Source of the DNA: an uncultured Phycisphaerales bacterium
Lineage (GTDB): Bacteria; Planctomycetota; Phycisphaerae; Tepidisphaerales; Tepidisphaeraceae
Length of the DNA: 64,000 bases
Direction of reading: 5' to 3'
Assembly (NCBI GenBank): GCA_963755915.1
Contig: CAVWLP010000002.1
Coordinates: forward strand, 3,552,001-3,616,000
Numbering within the stretch: position 1 is the first letter of the stretch; each line of letters starts with the position of its first letter. Under the pieces are notes generated by a model. That model was not told the DNA's origin. It did no database searches and saw only the letters and a program-made list of their open reading frames with translations. Positions 32,087 to 42,953 of the stretch are shown in pieces. A program made the translations under genes and the position numbers.

Positions 32087-32497
32087 CAGCCGGGTTCACA
32101 TATTTGTGCCGCCCGGCTGACCTCCGAATGACTAGGGCCCGGCCACAGGAGCCCGGGCTCGAATCCTGCTGATAGCGGCCTCGATTATTCCGCCAGCAGG
32201 AAGCCATGCCGAGGTCACTCAGGAGCGCTGGCAACAATGCCAGTGATTAGGACATGAATGCCGGGACTAAATCCATCTCCAACAGGCCGAATTCCACGAA
32301 CTTGACCTCTACGGAGAACGATTCAGATAACACCGCTGCTTACATGCACCTGATCCACACAGCCGATAGCAGATGCTGCATACCCAAATATACATGCATC
32401 TTCGCTATCGCCTCGTGGCTCCGCCACGGGCTCCCGCGAACTTTCCCCTAACAAATGGGGAAAGCCCTGGGGATATCGGCGAGGCGATATCCCCAGG
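32087..32497. ncRNA. candidate structured RNA next to the RT (strand uncertain)
   Basis: At least seven hairpins in ~410 nt and no convincing ORF; possible + promoter TTGACG-17-GAGAAT at 32052-32080. Confidence 0.4.
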
Positions 32498-32550
32498 AGA
32501 ACGCTGGACGATAACCGATCTCTAACTCCCTCGTTTTGCGATTGAACGTT

Positions 32551-33650
32551 CTAAGCCTCTGCGATTGCCGAAGCCTCACAACCAGGGAACAGGATCCCGG
32601 ATTGAATTCTGCTCCATTGAATGTGTGCCCTCCGCCATGCCGCATCGAATTCCTCGAATACCGGAAAACCAGCAACACCATTGGCTCTAGCTTGTCGGGC
32701 CGCATACCAGTGAATCCGCTGGCGTGGGCTGTCCAAGTATGCGGGTCCCATTTGCGCCGTCCAGGCCACTACTCGCGCTGCTAGGGAGGTGTGAGGGTTG
32801 ACGGTCCGCATCAAGGGATGTGTGATCCCGTAGTAAAGATTTTCCAGTGCGCAGCGTGCCCGGCAGCACAATCAATCCCTCGGAGGACCATCTGATGCGA
32901 TATCCCAGCCACTCTGCTTCTTGCCGGTTAATATCAACGATATTCTTGTTGCCGGCCTTGGGTTCTTTGCAGCGCAAACCAGTGGGTGCTAAAAGCTTCA
33001 TCAGCGTAGCCTGCGCCTCTTCAGCTTCTTCACTGGATGTACAGGGAACGAGAATGTCGTCTGCAAAGCGCAACAGCGGAGCTGCACAATGCCGCCTCCA
33101 TGGGCGGTCCAGATGGTGATCGGCGTAAACATTCAGAAATAAACTTGATGTCGCGGCGCCCTGTCGGATGCCGATCCTTTTTGGCGTCTCGATCAATTTC
33201 CGTAGGAGCGAATGCAGATTCTCGTGGATTTTCTCGTTGTGCTGGCGGCGCTTAATCTCTTCGCTGGGTTTCACTGGAATATATTTTCGCAGAACTTGCA
33301 GTAATGGCGCTTGCGGCACATTCTCGAACGCATTTGCTAAATCCGCGCAAACCCAAATTTGTCTGCCCTCGATAACCAATTTTTCAGCGACGGCGAGAGC
33401 ATGGGAGCGACTACGATTGGGCCTGCCTCCGAACGAATGATCGCTGAATCCGACATCCAGCCACGGGCCTATCACCTGCATGACGCTACGATGGATTACC
33501 CGGTCCCACAGCGTTGGGATCTGTATGGGGCGCGTTCCAATCCCAGATGCTTTGGGGACAGCGATGAGCCGGACTGGCCCATGCTGGTACCCCCCCGAAT
33601 CGATCTCATCGCGGACTGCCCGGACAAATTCAAAGCGATCGGGGATATGC
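32551..33650 (-). pseudogene. group II intron-like (G2L-type) reverse transcriptase, 5'-truncated, frameshift ~32850
   Basis: In frame upstream of the called ORF: YQHGPVRLIAVPKASGIGTRPIQIPTLWDRVIHR; then SFGGRP, DLANAFENV, GIRQG, LRFADD, WLGY; C-terminus in the frame of 32551..32871 (WTAQMGPAY). Confidence 0.85.
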
Positions 33651-33651
33651 G

Positions 33652-33828
33652 CCCGGAGCCATTGCCGTCGCGTGGACCTTGCGCCACGCCGCCGTCACCG
33701 GCGCGATCGTCGGTGCTCGCAAACCTGAACAGGTGGACGACGTCGTTGCTGCCGGGACGATTCATCTGACTCAGTCAGACCTCGCTGAAATCGAAATGAC
33801 GGGCGAACTCGCCGGGAGGGGCCAATGA
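33652..33828 (+). pseudogene. aldo/keto reductase C-terminal fragment
   Basis: Manual translation PGAIAVAWTLRHAAVTGAIVGARKPEQVDD...LTQSDLAEIE; the stop overlaps the next ATG. Confidence 0.8.
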
Positions 33829-34762
33829 AAGTCGGATTTATAGCTTTGGGTACGATGGGCAGCCGCATGGCGGCGAACCTTCAAAAACACGGTTACTCAC
33901 TCGTCGTCTTCGATCGAACGCTCGCAACGGCGGAATCGTTATTGGCCGCAGGCGCGAAATGGGCCGACTCACCTGCCGCGTTGGCGCCGCAAGTAGACGT
34001 TCTCTTCACGATGCTTCCGAATCCCGACGCCGTTGAAGAAGCGGCTCTGGGCGAAGACGGGTTCCTTTCGCGACTCGAAAAGGGCCATATTTGGGTCGAT
34101 TGCAGCACCGTTAACCCGTCTTTCTCGAGAAAAATGGCAGGTGTCGCGCAGGCGCGTGGCATTCGATTTCTCGGCGCCCGGTGACTGGCTCCAAAGCGCC
34201 GGCCGCAGAGGCGAAACTTATTTTTTGGGTCGGCGGCGCCGCGGCCGATTTGGAAGCGTGCCGGCCACTATTGCAATGCATGGGCAACAGGATTGTTCAC
34301 TGCGGCGGTCCAGGCATGGGGACTTCCCTTAAAATGGTGATGAATCAACTGCTCGGAACTTTTATGGCGGCTTTTTCCGAAGGATTGATTCTCGGTGAGT
34401 CTCTGGGCATTTCCCGTGACGTTTTGTTTGAGGCATTGTTTAACGGGCCGGCCGCCGCTCCGTTCGTCGCGGTTAAACGTCCGCGAATCGAAACCGAAAA
34501 CTATGAGCAGGCGGATTTCGCATTGCGCTTGTTGCAAAAGGATTTGCATCTGGCCTCAGTGAGCGCTTACGAAACCGGCGCGGCCATGCCGTTGACAAAT
34601 GCGGCCAAGGAAATCTATCGCCTGGCAATTCGCGAAGGCCATGGCGATGAGGATATTTCGGCCATCTACGGTTACCTCGCGCAGAACCGCGATGCCGAGC
34701 CGATGGCCAGCCAGCCAATTGATCATCTGCTACCACGTACAGAATTTGCTAAGGCAATGTGA
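33825..34762 (+). CDS. beta-hydroxyacid dehydrogenase (3-HIBADH/6PGD family), 1-nt frameshift ~34180
   Basis: GFIALGTMG, DCSTV, (A)PVTGS, KMVMN, KDL. Confidence 0.85.
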
Positions 34763-34787
34763 CGGCTAAACATCACGAGGTACGCCC

Positions 34788-35231
34788 ATGAGCACGCTTA
34801 ATCATATTGGATCAAGAACCACCATCAGCGTCATACATCCGCGCAAATTGAGTTCGGAAACCTCGCAGACTCCAGGATCTCTGCGGATGTCCGCCATTTC
34901 GGCCACGCAAGGGATCGCCTCGCCTATATGGGCCGGCACGTTCATCGTGGAGCCTTCGGCTCGGACCGACATCCACCATCACGGCAAACAGGACACAATT
35001 GTTTACGTACTTGAAGGTGAATCCTTCGTTCGCTGGGGGGATCATGGTGAGCACTCGGCGACAGCAAAGGCCGGCGATTTTCTGCACGTACCCGCCTGGC
35101 TGCCTCATCAGGAGATCAATCCCTCGTCAGAAAAGCCATTTCGCTGGGTAGTCGTTCGCAGTACCTCGGAGCCGATTGTTGTGAATCTTCCTGACGATTT
35201 CTGGGGACCGGTCGTGGGAATTCACCTGTAA
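34788..35231 (+). CDS. cupin domain protein
   Basis: HHHGKQDTIVYVLEG, GDFLHVPAWLPHQE. Confidence 0.85.
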   Translation: MSTLNHIGSRTTISVIHPRKLSSETSQTPGSLRMSAISATQGIASPIWAGTFIVEPSARTDIHHHGKQDTIVYVLEGESFVRWGDHGEHSATAKAGDFLHVPAWLPHQEINPSSEKPFRWVVVRSTSEPIVVNLPDDFWGPVVGIHL

Positions 35232-35288
35232 CTCCTCATTTTCGAATAAGCGTTTTACCGATGCAGCGAAGCGATTTGGCCTTTTGGC

Positions 35289-35825
35289 CTAATCAAGTAG
35301 ATTATAATATGCTTCTTCTTCAACCGGGTCCCGCAACCAGTCTTTTTCGAGCAAATGCTTCTCAAAAAACAGCCGTATGCGATTCGCGACCTCTGGATCG
35401 CCGTATTTGCCGCGACCAACTCCATCGCCGGTTACAAAATGTGCTTCGACACCCGCATCCTTCAGCGCGTTGTACATCCGCTCCGACTGGATATATGGAA
35501 TCACGGGATCCGTGCTGCCATGAATTAGGAGAAACGGCGCGGCATTCCTCGACACATAGTTGATGGGTGAGGCCAGTATGGCCCTGTCGATCTGGGATTG
35601 GAGCGAGCCTCCAAGCAGGCGCCCGGCTGGAGACCTTTCGGAACTTTGATCAGCCTCTGAAGCGTCTGAGCGCATCGCAAGAAGATCGGTCGGTCCGAAT
35701 AGATTTACGACGCACTGAACCGCGCAGCTCATGTCCAGGTGGTGGCCGACTTTGCCATGCAGAGCCTTGATCCCACTGGTGACACCGAGCATCGCGGCCA
35801 CGTTCCTGCCGTCGGCGGAATTTGG
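35289..35825 (-). pseudogene. alpha/beta hydrolase (esterase) C-terminal fragment
   Basis: FGPTDL, ASPINYV, PFLLIHGSTDPVIPYIQS; degenerate nucleophile elbow and no N-terminus. Confidence 0.75.
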
Positions 35826-35829
35826 GCGA

Positions 35830-38069
35830 CGGGTGGCGCGACTGGGACGACCCCATACGAGATCGAGTTCAATACCAAACATTTGACGCTCGACGCGACA
35901 ACCATTAATGGAAATGCCACGAGTGGAATTGAGGTTGACAGCGGTAATACATTGGTGTTCGATGGGGGCGGTAACACCAGTAGTAATGAGTATCTTTCCC
36001 TCGGGGCTGTCCAGTCGTGGATAATCAATGGCACTCTGAACTTCCAGAATTTTGGTAGCGGTTCCAGTCTCGCAATGACTCTCTCCGACGGTCTTACCAT
36101 CGAAGGCAGCGGCACGACAAATATTCCTGATAAAATTAATGGTACAGGCGCGCTCACGATTGATGGCACCGGCGTGGTAAGCCTCGCGGGTTCGGGCACG
36201 ACCGACACCTACACCGGGCAGCTGTCGATCGAATCCGGCACGCTGCAGGTCAACGCGGCAAATAACCAAAGCGGAAATGGCGAGCTAGGGGCCAGCTCCA
36301 ACACAAATCCAATCATCATGGGCGGCAGCGGCACCACCGGCACCTTGGAATACACGGGAACCAGCAATGAAGGCTCAAACAGGTCGATCAACCTGGCTGC
36401 GAGCGGGATTGGCGCCGTTAAGGTGGATATCTCGGGCGTGACCCTCACACTGAACGGGGCGATCAGCGGAGGTGGCTCCCTCTCCATGAACGGCGGCGGA
36501 AACTTGCTTCTCAGCGGCGCGACATATACGTATACCGGCGGTACCACCGTTAACAGCGGAACGCTCATCATCGCCAACTCCAGCGGCTCCGCCACGGGAA
36601 CGGGCAACGTCACGATGAACGGTGGAGTCCTCGCAAGCTCCGGGACAACCGCGGCGATTTCCGGAAATGTCGTCGATGGCGGAACCTCTGCCTACACGAT
36701 CGCGCCCGGCGGTATCGGAACTGTGGGCACGCTTACGCTCGCCGGTTTGACGACGACTTTGCTTGGCACTCTGAACTTCGACCTCGGCACAGGCTCCGGC
36801 ACAATCACCAACGGCGATCTGCTCGTTTTGGGCTCGGGAACCGTAAGCATTGGATCAGGCACAGTCATGACTTTCGGCGGCACGCCCGTCGCAGGCGACG
36901 ATTATCAACTCATCGGCGATCAAAGCGACGGCTCGGTTGTCGGAGCGATCCCGCTGTCGAACTTCACGCTGCCGGCGGCCTCAGCGGGCTTAAGTTATAG
37001 CCTTGCCGACAATTCCGGCTACATCGATCTGGATGTCACCACCTCCGGCCCGCCCAATGTCACGTGGAACGATGCCTTTGCCAACAATCTTTGGGATACC
37101 ACCAGCTCAAACTGGACCAATGGCTCCAGCAACACAACCTACTCCGATGGCAGCAACGTCACTTTCAACGACAGCAATGGCGGAAATTACTCTGTCACGC
37201 TCACCACCACAGTCAGCCCCGCTTCCGTGACCGTCAGCAGTTCCGGAAATTATTCCATCACCGGCGGCGGCGCGATCGTCGCCACCGGCGGTTTCACCAA
37301 GACCGGCTCTAGCACGCTCACCCTTGGCGCCGGCCTCACCGCCTCCAGCATCGCGATCAACGAGGGAAGCGTTGTCATTGCCAGCAATACCTCGGCAGGC
37401 ACCTGGACCGTCGCTCAACCCAACAGCAACATCGAAATCTCGTCGCTGACGATCGCCGCCAACAGCACGCTGGATATCACCAACAATCATCTGATCATCG
37501 ACTACGGTGGCAGCGATCCGATGGCCACGATTTATGGCTATCTCAAGACCGGCTTCAACAACGGCACCTGGAACGGTACCACGGGAATTATTTCCAGCAC
37601 CGCGCAAACTCCGACCAACGGACTGCATTATGGAATTGGCTTTGCCGATGGAAATGACGGGACACATGCAGTCGCCGGCGTTACCAGCGGCGAAATCGAG
37701 CTGAAGTACACGCTGCTGGGCGACGCCAATCTTGACGGCACCGTCAACGGCTCCGACTTCTCAATCCTCGCCGCCAACTTCGGCCTCGGCGCGACCGACT
37801 GGGACCAGGGCAACTTCCTCTACGGCTCTTCGGTCAATGGCTCCGACTTCAGCGCCTTAGCCGCCAACTTCGGCCAGGGCGACAGCGGAGCGGCGGTGAG
37901 CGTTTCGCAGGCTGACATCATGGCGCTGGATGCGTTTGCCATCGCGAATGGACTGGCGCTGCCGACGAACGTGCCGGAGCCGGCTTCGCTGGGATTGCTG
38001 ACGCTTGGCGGGATGGGGGTGCTGCGGCGGCGTAGACGCCGAATAGAGACGGAAAGCGTAAAGGCTTAA
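35830..38069 (+). pseudogene. 5'-truncated autotransporter-beta-repeat + dockerin + PEP-CTERM protein
   Basis: TYTGGTTVNSGTL repeats, GDANLDG dockerin, VPEPAS; the ORF start lies in antisense esterase DNA and has no signal peptide. Confidence 0.75.
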
Positions 38070-38461
38070 TCAGGGTTGGTATGGGCGATGAACATCCACC
38101 CGGAGAATCGATACCCATGTTCCCTCCGCTGAACCCGTAGAGTCGGTCGTCTAGAGCGCGGGGCCCGAGGTATTGGATCATCGCGAATTTCGAGTTATCG
38201 CGGAATTAGAAGACTCAATTATGGCGCCAATCCGTTCAAAAGATACAGTTGCTTATTAGGGCTTCTGCTGTTTAGTGACCGCGGGTTATCAAAACCCAAA
38301 GCTGATTGCCAGGCCCTTCTGGGGTTGAATAAGATATTCCGCGACTAGGCGCCGAGGATTTCTGGTGCATTGGCCGTCCAAAGTCAATCAAACCCTCATA
38401 CATTTGCCAAAGGCGCAATGCCTTTGTTGAACCGCGAGGCTGGGTCAAGGCTTTCCAACAC

Positions 38462-40282
38462 ATGATCTCCCGATACGACTATGCCATCATCGGATTCTAT
38501 CTGCTGTTCATGCTCGGGCTGGGATTGTTCTTTCGACGCCGGAGTAAAAACACAAGCGATTACTTCCGCGCCGGGGGAGCGATGCCGTGGTGGATTACGG
38601 GTGTGTCGGCATGGATCGCAAGTTTCAGCGCGTGGACCTTCACAGGGGCGGCGGGGAAAATTTATACGTCGGGTTTACTGGTGTTGTGTCTTTACTGGTC
38701 GGTGATCATCCCCATCGTCATTGTACTGATTTACACGAGTTACCGGTTTCGCCGGATGCGAGTGGTCTCGTGGATGGAGGCAGTGCGACTTCGTTACGGG
38801 GAGGCGAGCGAACAGCTTTATACATGGATCAAACTGCCGCTAATTTTGATTCTGAGCGGGGTGGGGCTGAACGCGATCGGGGTGTTCATGTCGGTCATCT
38901 TCAGCGTGAATATGGCCCCGACGCTGCTGGTGCTGGGGGTGACGGTCACGGTGGTCGCGTTTGCCGGCGGGTCGTTTGCGGTACTGGCGAGCGATTTCGT
39001 GCAGATGTTGCTGGTGGTGACGATCACGCTGGTGGCGGCGTTCCTGGCGCTGCGTCAGCCGGAGGTAGGGGGCCTGCGCGGTCTGATCGCCAAGGCACCC
39101 CAATCGGATTTTCAGTTGACCGACCTAACGCAGGCGCCCATCCTTATCCTGTGGGCGCTCTCATTGTTCTGGCTCAAGGTGTTGGAGCAGAACAGCATGG
39201 AAAATTCCACCATGTATTTGATGGTCAAGAACGACCGAAACGCGCGGCGAATGGTTTTGATTCCGCTAGTGGGGACGATTATTGGACCCGTGATCTGGAT
39301 AATTCCACCGATGGCGGCCTCGATCACGCATCCGCATCTGGCGACGGAAGCGGCGTACCGCTCGATGACCGTGCCGTCCGAGGCAGCGTTTCTGGTGACA
39401 TGCCGGGATGTAATGCCGCGCGGATTTATCGGGTTGCTGATCTGTGCGATGTTCGGGGCAACTTTGACCAGCATGGACGCCGGATTGAATAAGCTGGTTG
39501 GGGTGTTTGTACGCAGCTTTTATCTGCCCATTGTCGAGCCCAAATGTCCGGAGAAAAAGCTGCTGAAGATCGGCAAAGCGTGCACTCTCGTTTTCGGTGC
39601 GATCATCATCTGTATGGCGCTGCTGGTGAACCGTTATCGGCATATTGGATTGTTCGATTTGACGAATTATCTCGGCGCGGCCTTGAGTATGCCTATGGCG
39701 ATTCCGCTGGTTTACGGACTATTCTACAGGCGAACGCCGGGGTGGTCGGCCTGGAGCACTGTCGGCATCGGACTTTTGTTATCGCTGGGGATGAAGTTCG
39801 TGTTCAGTGCCGAGGGGCTGGCACATTGGGCGGGGTGGCACATGCCGCTGTCAAAGGACGAAACCGCGTATACGGAACTGATCGCAACCGTCGTCGTCGA
39901 CACGGCGATCTGTTCGGCGTGGTATTTCATGACGACAATGTTCTATGAGGGTTCAGCGTCAGCGGAAAAGCGGTGAATTGAAGCGTTCTTTTCCAATCTA
40001 GACAAGCCGATCGATTCATCGAATCGCACTGCGACGGTTAATCAGGACTGCACGATGTACCATTTGCTGGGAATGCTGTGCCTTGTCTACGGCGCATTTG
40101 TGTTGTCGCTCTGCTTGATCCGCAATTCGCTGGAGGGTCGGCTGTGCTTTATCTTCTGCGGGGGAGTCATATTTGGCGTGGGAATGCTGCTATACGGGTT
40201 GTACGTGAAAAACTCCGGTCGTGTCGTTCGCACCGTTGCATCCGGCGAATTTTCGGCAAGCGATCAACTTCAGCCGCATTGA
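38462..40282 (+). CDS. sodium:solute symporter (SSS) with an in-frame TGA at 39974-39976
   Basis: DYFRAGG, FSAWTFTGAAG, many TMs; frame continues IEAFFSNLDKP into ORF 40055..40282. Confidence 0.85.
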
Positions 40283-40391
40283 TCTGAAACCTGCCTCCCC
40301 GGCCCTGATGGCCATCGCGAGCCGTATGGTCTTGCCCAGGCGCCGAAACGCCCGCCGATGACCTTTTTCCTCGCCAATCCTGAGACCGGTG

Positions 40392-40422
40392 CATTATCTA
40401 AAAAAACGTTTTTTAGATAATG
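40392..40422. repeat. near-perfect 31-bp palindrome (family copy)
   Basis: CATTATCTAAAAAAACGTTTTTTAGATAATG. Confidence 0.9.
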
Positions 40423-40718
40423 TTGACGCGATGCCGACCCACATGAGACGGTTCGCGAGCCAAGCGGACTTTATTGGGGCCGCCAGGGTCTCCAGAACGA
40501 TGCCAGAGCGGTTATGAAGTGGCAAACGCTGCGGGAGGGCGCTGGCGCTTCAGCGCCCGTCCGGCGGAAAAGCACGGGCGGTGCCCGTTAGCTACCTAAT
40601 AATTCATGGCGCCAGCGGGAATTGAGAGTCAGCGTTCAGGGCAGTAATCGGCGAGATTTGCAGAAATCCCAATCCCGATGAGGTGATCACGTTCATAGCC
40701 GCCTCCGGCGACAACGCC

Positions 40719-40746
40719 AAAAGAAAAACCTCGCATCGTAGCGAGG
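40719..40746 (-). terminator. intrinsic terminator in the riboswitch expression platform
   Basis: CCTCGC-TACGAT-GCGAGG followed by TTTTTCTTTT. Confidence 0.75.
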
Positions 40747-40790
40747 CTCAGCGTTCAAACACCGACTCCCGCCGCGACACGTTCGTCTTG

Positions 40791-40837
40791 GCAGGAGTCA
40801 TCAGCCGGCAAGGCGGTTATCGGGGGACTCCATCCCC
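40791..40837 (-). ncRNA. fluoride riboswitch (crcB motif), copy 2
   Basis: GGGGATGGAGTCCCCCGATAACCGCC-TTGCC-GGCTGATGACTCCTGC fits the consensus including the GGAGT/ACTCC pseudoknot; upstream TTGGCT-17-TATAAT. Confidence 0.9.
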
Positions 40838-40888
40838 GTTCGTCCCATTATAGGCATTAGAAGTCACGCAGCCAACCGCCCGAAATTA

Positions 40889-41251
40889 TCAGGACGTCAG
40901 CAAATTCGCCTTCCTGCGGCGATTCTTAATCACTGCGCACTCTGTGATCCACCGTTTCAGGTTCAACGCACCCTTATGATCCGGCTTCTGCTGCAGCGCT
41001 TCATCCACCCATTTCGCCGCCTCTTCATATTGTTTTCGATGATAGAGGCACTCGGCAAGGTGGATCTTAAATTCCGGTTCGTAAGGATTGAGCCAAACTG
41101 CCCGCCGGAATTGCGCTTCGGCTAGCTGGTCGGCGCCGCGATCATTGAAATAAAGCCCCAGCTCGTCCCAGTTATACCCCAGATATCGACAGGGTCGGAG
41201 GGCATTCTCCCGCCGTTCTTCACGGTCTATCTTTCTTCGCTTCACTGGCAT
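40889..41251 (-). CDS. small TPR-repeat protein
   Basis: LAEAQFRRAVWLNP, LAECLYHRKQYEEA...ALQQKPDH; AGGAG RBS. Confidence 0.85.
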   Translation of the reverse strand: MPVKRRKIDREERRENALRPCRYLGYNWDELGLYFNDRGADQLAEAQFRRAVWLNPYEPEFKIHLAECLYHRKQYEEAAKWVDEALQQKPDHKGALNLKRWITECAVIKNRRRKANLLTS

Positions 41252-41351
41252 CTGCTAACTCCTGCCCAAAAGTGGGCCGTCCTTGAGCAGAGCCCGCAGT
41301 AGGAATTGGAGATCACGCGATCAACCGCTGAATTCCCGCGAGCTCTTGCCC

Positions 41352-41422
41352 GTAGGAGTCATCAGCACAGTCCGTGATCTGGCAGGATCGAAAGACCAGC
41401 AGTTATGGCGAACTCCATCGCC
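41352..41422 (-). ncRNA. fluoride riboswitch (crcB motif), copy 1
   Basis: GGCGATGGAGTTCGCCATAACTGC...GCTGATGACTCCTAC; TATAAT about 20 nt upstream. Confidence 0.9.
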
Positions 41423-41703
41423 AACGTCAGCACAAGTCCAGCTATTATATCGGCAGTATTGAAAACATCGATCAGCGAACACCAACCGCAGGTATTTGGC
41501 GCGTTATACCTCTCAGGTTACAAGCCCGGATACCGGCGCCGTGCTAAGGCAACCAGAGATATAATTCGCCAACCGGCCAGAAAATAGATCGTGCAAAAGG
41601 GGAACTGCAGATCGCCAGGTCCAGGAAGTTTCGGTGAGCGTGCGGTTTGTATCGCTGATTCATCGATCCACACCTATGATCAGGTGCGACGTGTGAATCT
41701 GCC

Positions 41704-42461
41704 ATGTACGTACCCGATCCCAAGATTCTTGCGCTCCTGCGAAACGTTGACAGCATTGCCGTTCTCACTGGAGCGGGCGTATCGGCAGAAAGCGGCATTC
41801 CGACGTTCCGTGACGCCTTAACTGGTTTGTGGGCTAAATTCGACCCCGCGGATCTTGCCACGCCGGAAGCATTTGCGCGTGATCCCGCGATGGTTAGTCG
41901 ATGGTACGACGAGCGGAGGGGTAACATCGCCAAGTGTATTCCGAATGCAGGACACATCGCACTTGTCGAGCTTCAGCGCCGCATCCTTGCAGCAGGAAAG
42001 CGTTTTACGCTCATCACTCAGAATGTGGATCGGCTCCACCAAGCGGCGGGTTCAACCGACGTGATTGAGTTGCATGGGACACTATGGACCTGGCGATGTA
42101 TGGATTGTGGCGTTGAAACCGAGGAGCGTGGTCCCGCGTTCGACGTATACCCACCTCGCTGTATCTGTGGCGGCCCACGACGCCCAGCGGTGGTCTGGTT
42201 TGGTGAGGAACTTCCCAAACATGAACACTTGAAAGCCCAGGCGCAGCCGGTTCGTGCCGGCTGTTTATTTCTCTCGGTACAAGCGCCGTTGTTCATCCGG
42301 CCGCTGGATTGATTGATTTGGCATTAAGAAATGGTGCTCAGCTTTTGGAAGTAAATCCTCAGGAAACACCGTACAGTCGCGGATCGCATTGGTCCATTCG
42401 AGGGCCAAGTGGCGAGATGCTGCCGCGTTTGATGGACGCGGTGTTCGCAAGCGAGAAATAG
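41704..42461 (+). CDS. cobB: NAD-dependent protein deacylase (Sir2/CobB class), frameshifted near 3' end
   Basis: GAGVSAESGIPTFR, PNAGH, TQNVDRLH, ELHG, CxxC/CxC, RPAVVWFGE; GTSAVV and EVNP in shifted frames. Confidence 0.85.
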
Positions 42462-42529
42462 AAGCTTCTACGCGGCTCACAAAAAGGCGGTGGAATCACG
42501 GCGACGATGCCTTTGGCAGTGACTAGGCG

Positions 42530-42949
42530 TCACGATGCACGGTTCGTCTCGTTCGGCGCGGGTTTGGGGAAATGGGTTGCGAGCAATTTGCCGGCTTGTT
42601 GAATGGTGGTGATGATCCCTTGCATCGCGTGATTGGATTTGAAATGGGTGGCCATTTCGGTGGCGAGGGATTGCCAAGTGGGATCGCCGATGCGGGTATG
42701 GATTTTTTCGTCGCCGAGGATGGCGAAGGTTTGGGATTTGGGGGCGACAAAAATCAAGATCGCGTTGCCGTGTGGGTGGTGGTGCATGCGCAGTTTTTCG
42801 AAGTGCTTTTTACCGGCAGCGAGGGGATCGGGGGCGGGGGCGTGGGAGATGAAGACGCGGATCTGGCCGGTGGTGTCGCGCTCCGCATGGTGAATAGCTT
42901 GCACGATCTGATCGTGCTGCAGGCGGGTTATGAAATCATCTGGGTTCAT
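42530..42949 (-). CDS. TPM-domain protein
   Basis: AIHHAERDTTGQIRV, AILIFVAPK, ILGD. Confidence 0.85.
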   Translation of the reverse strand: MNPDDFITRLQHDQIVQAIHHAERDTTGQIRVFISHAPAPDPLAAGKKHFEKLRMHHHPHGNAILIFVAPKSQTFAILGDEKIHTRIGDPTWQSLATEMATHFKSNHAMQGIITTIQQAGKLLATHFPKPAPNETNRAS

Positions 42950-42953
42950 GAGG

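Noticed and set aside
32405-32440. Group II intron domain V after the RT
   Set aside because: The minus-strand GAGCCCGTGGCGGAGCCACGAGGC has an AGC but is too short, and lacks the GNRA loop and a domain VI.
12331-33650. Diversity-generating retroelement (RT plus C-type lectin target)
   Set aside because: No avd or TR/VR pair was seen, the lectin is 20 kb away with PEP-CTERM at its C-terminus, and the RT motifs are group II-like.
39974-39976. In-frame TGA as selenocysteine or programmed readthrough
   Set aside because: It falls in a transporter loop with no obvious SECIS-like hairpin; a point mutation or base error is simpler.
40760-41370. Hairpins flanking the TPR gene as integron attC sites
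   Set aside because: The shared GCTGATGACTCCT is the 3' end of the fluoride riboswitch, and no integron integrase is present.
41704-42461. Sir2 as an anti-phage NADase (Thoeris/DSR)
   Set aside because: It has the Zn-binding cysteines and RP.VVWFGE motif of housekeeping CobB deacylases, with no defence partner.
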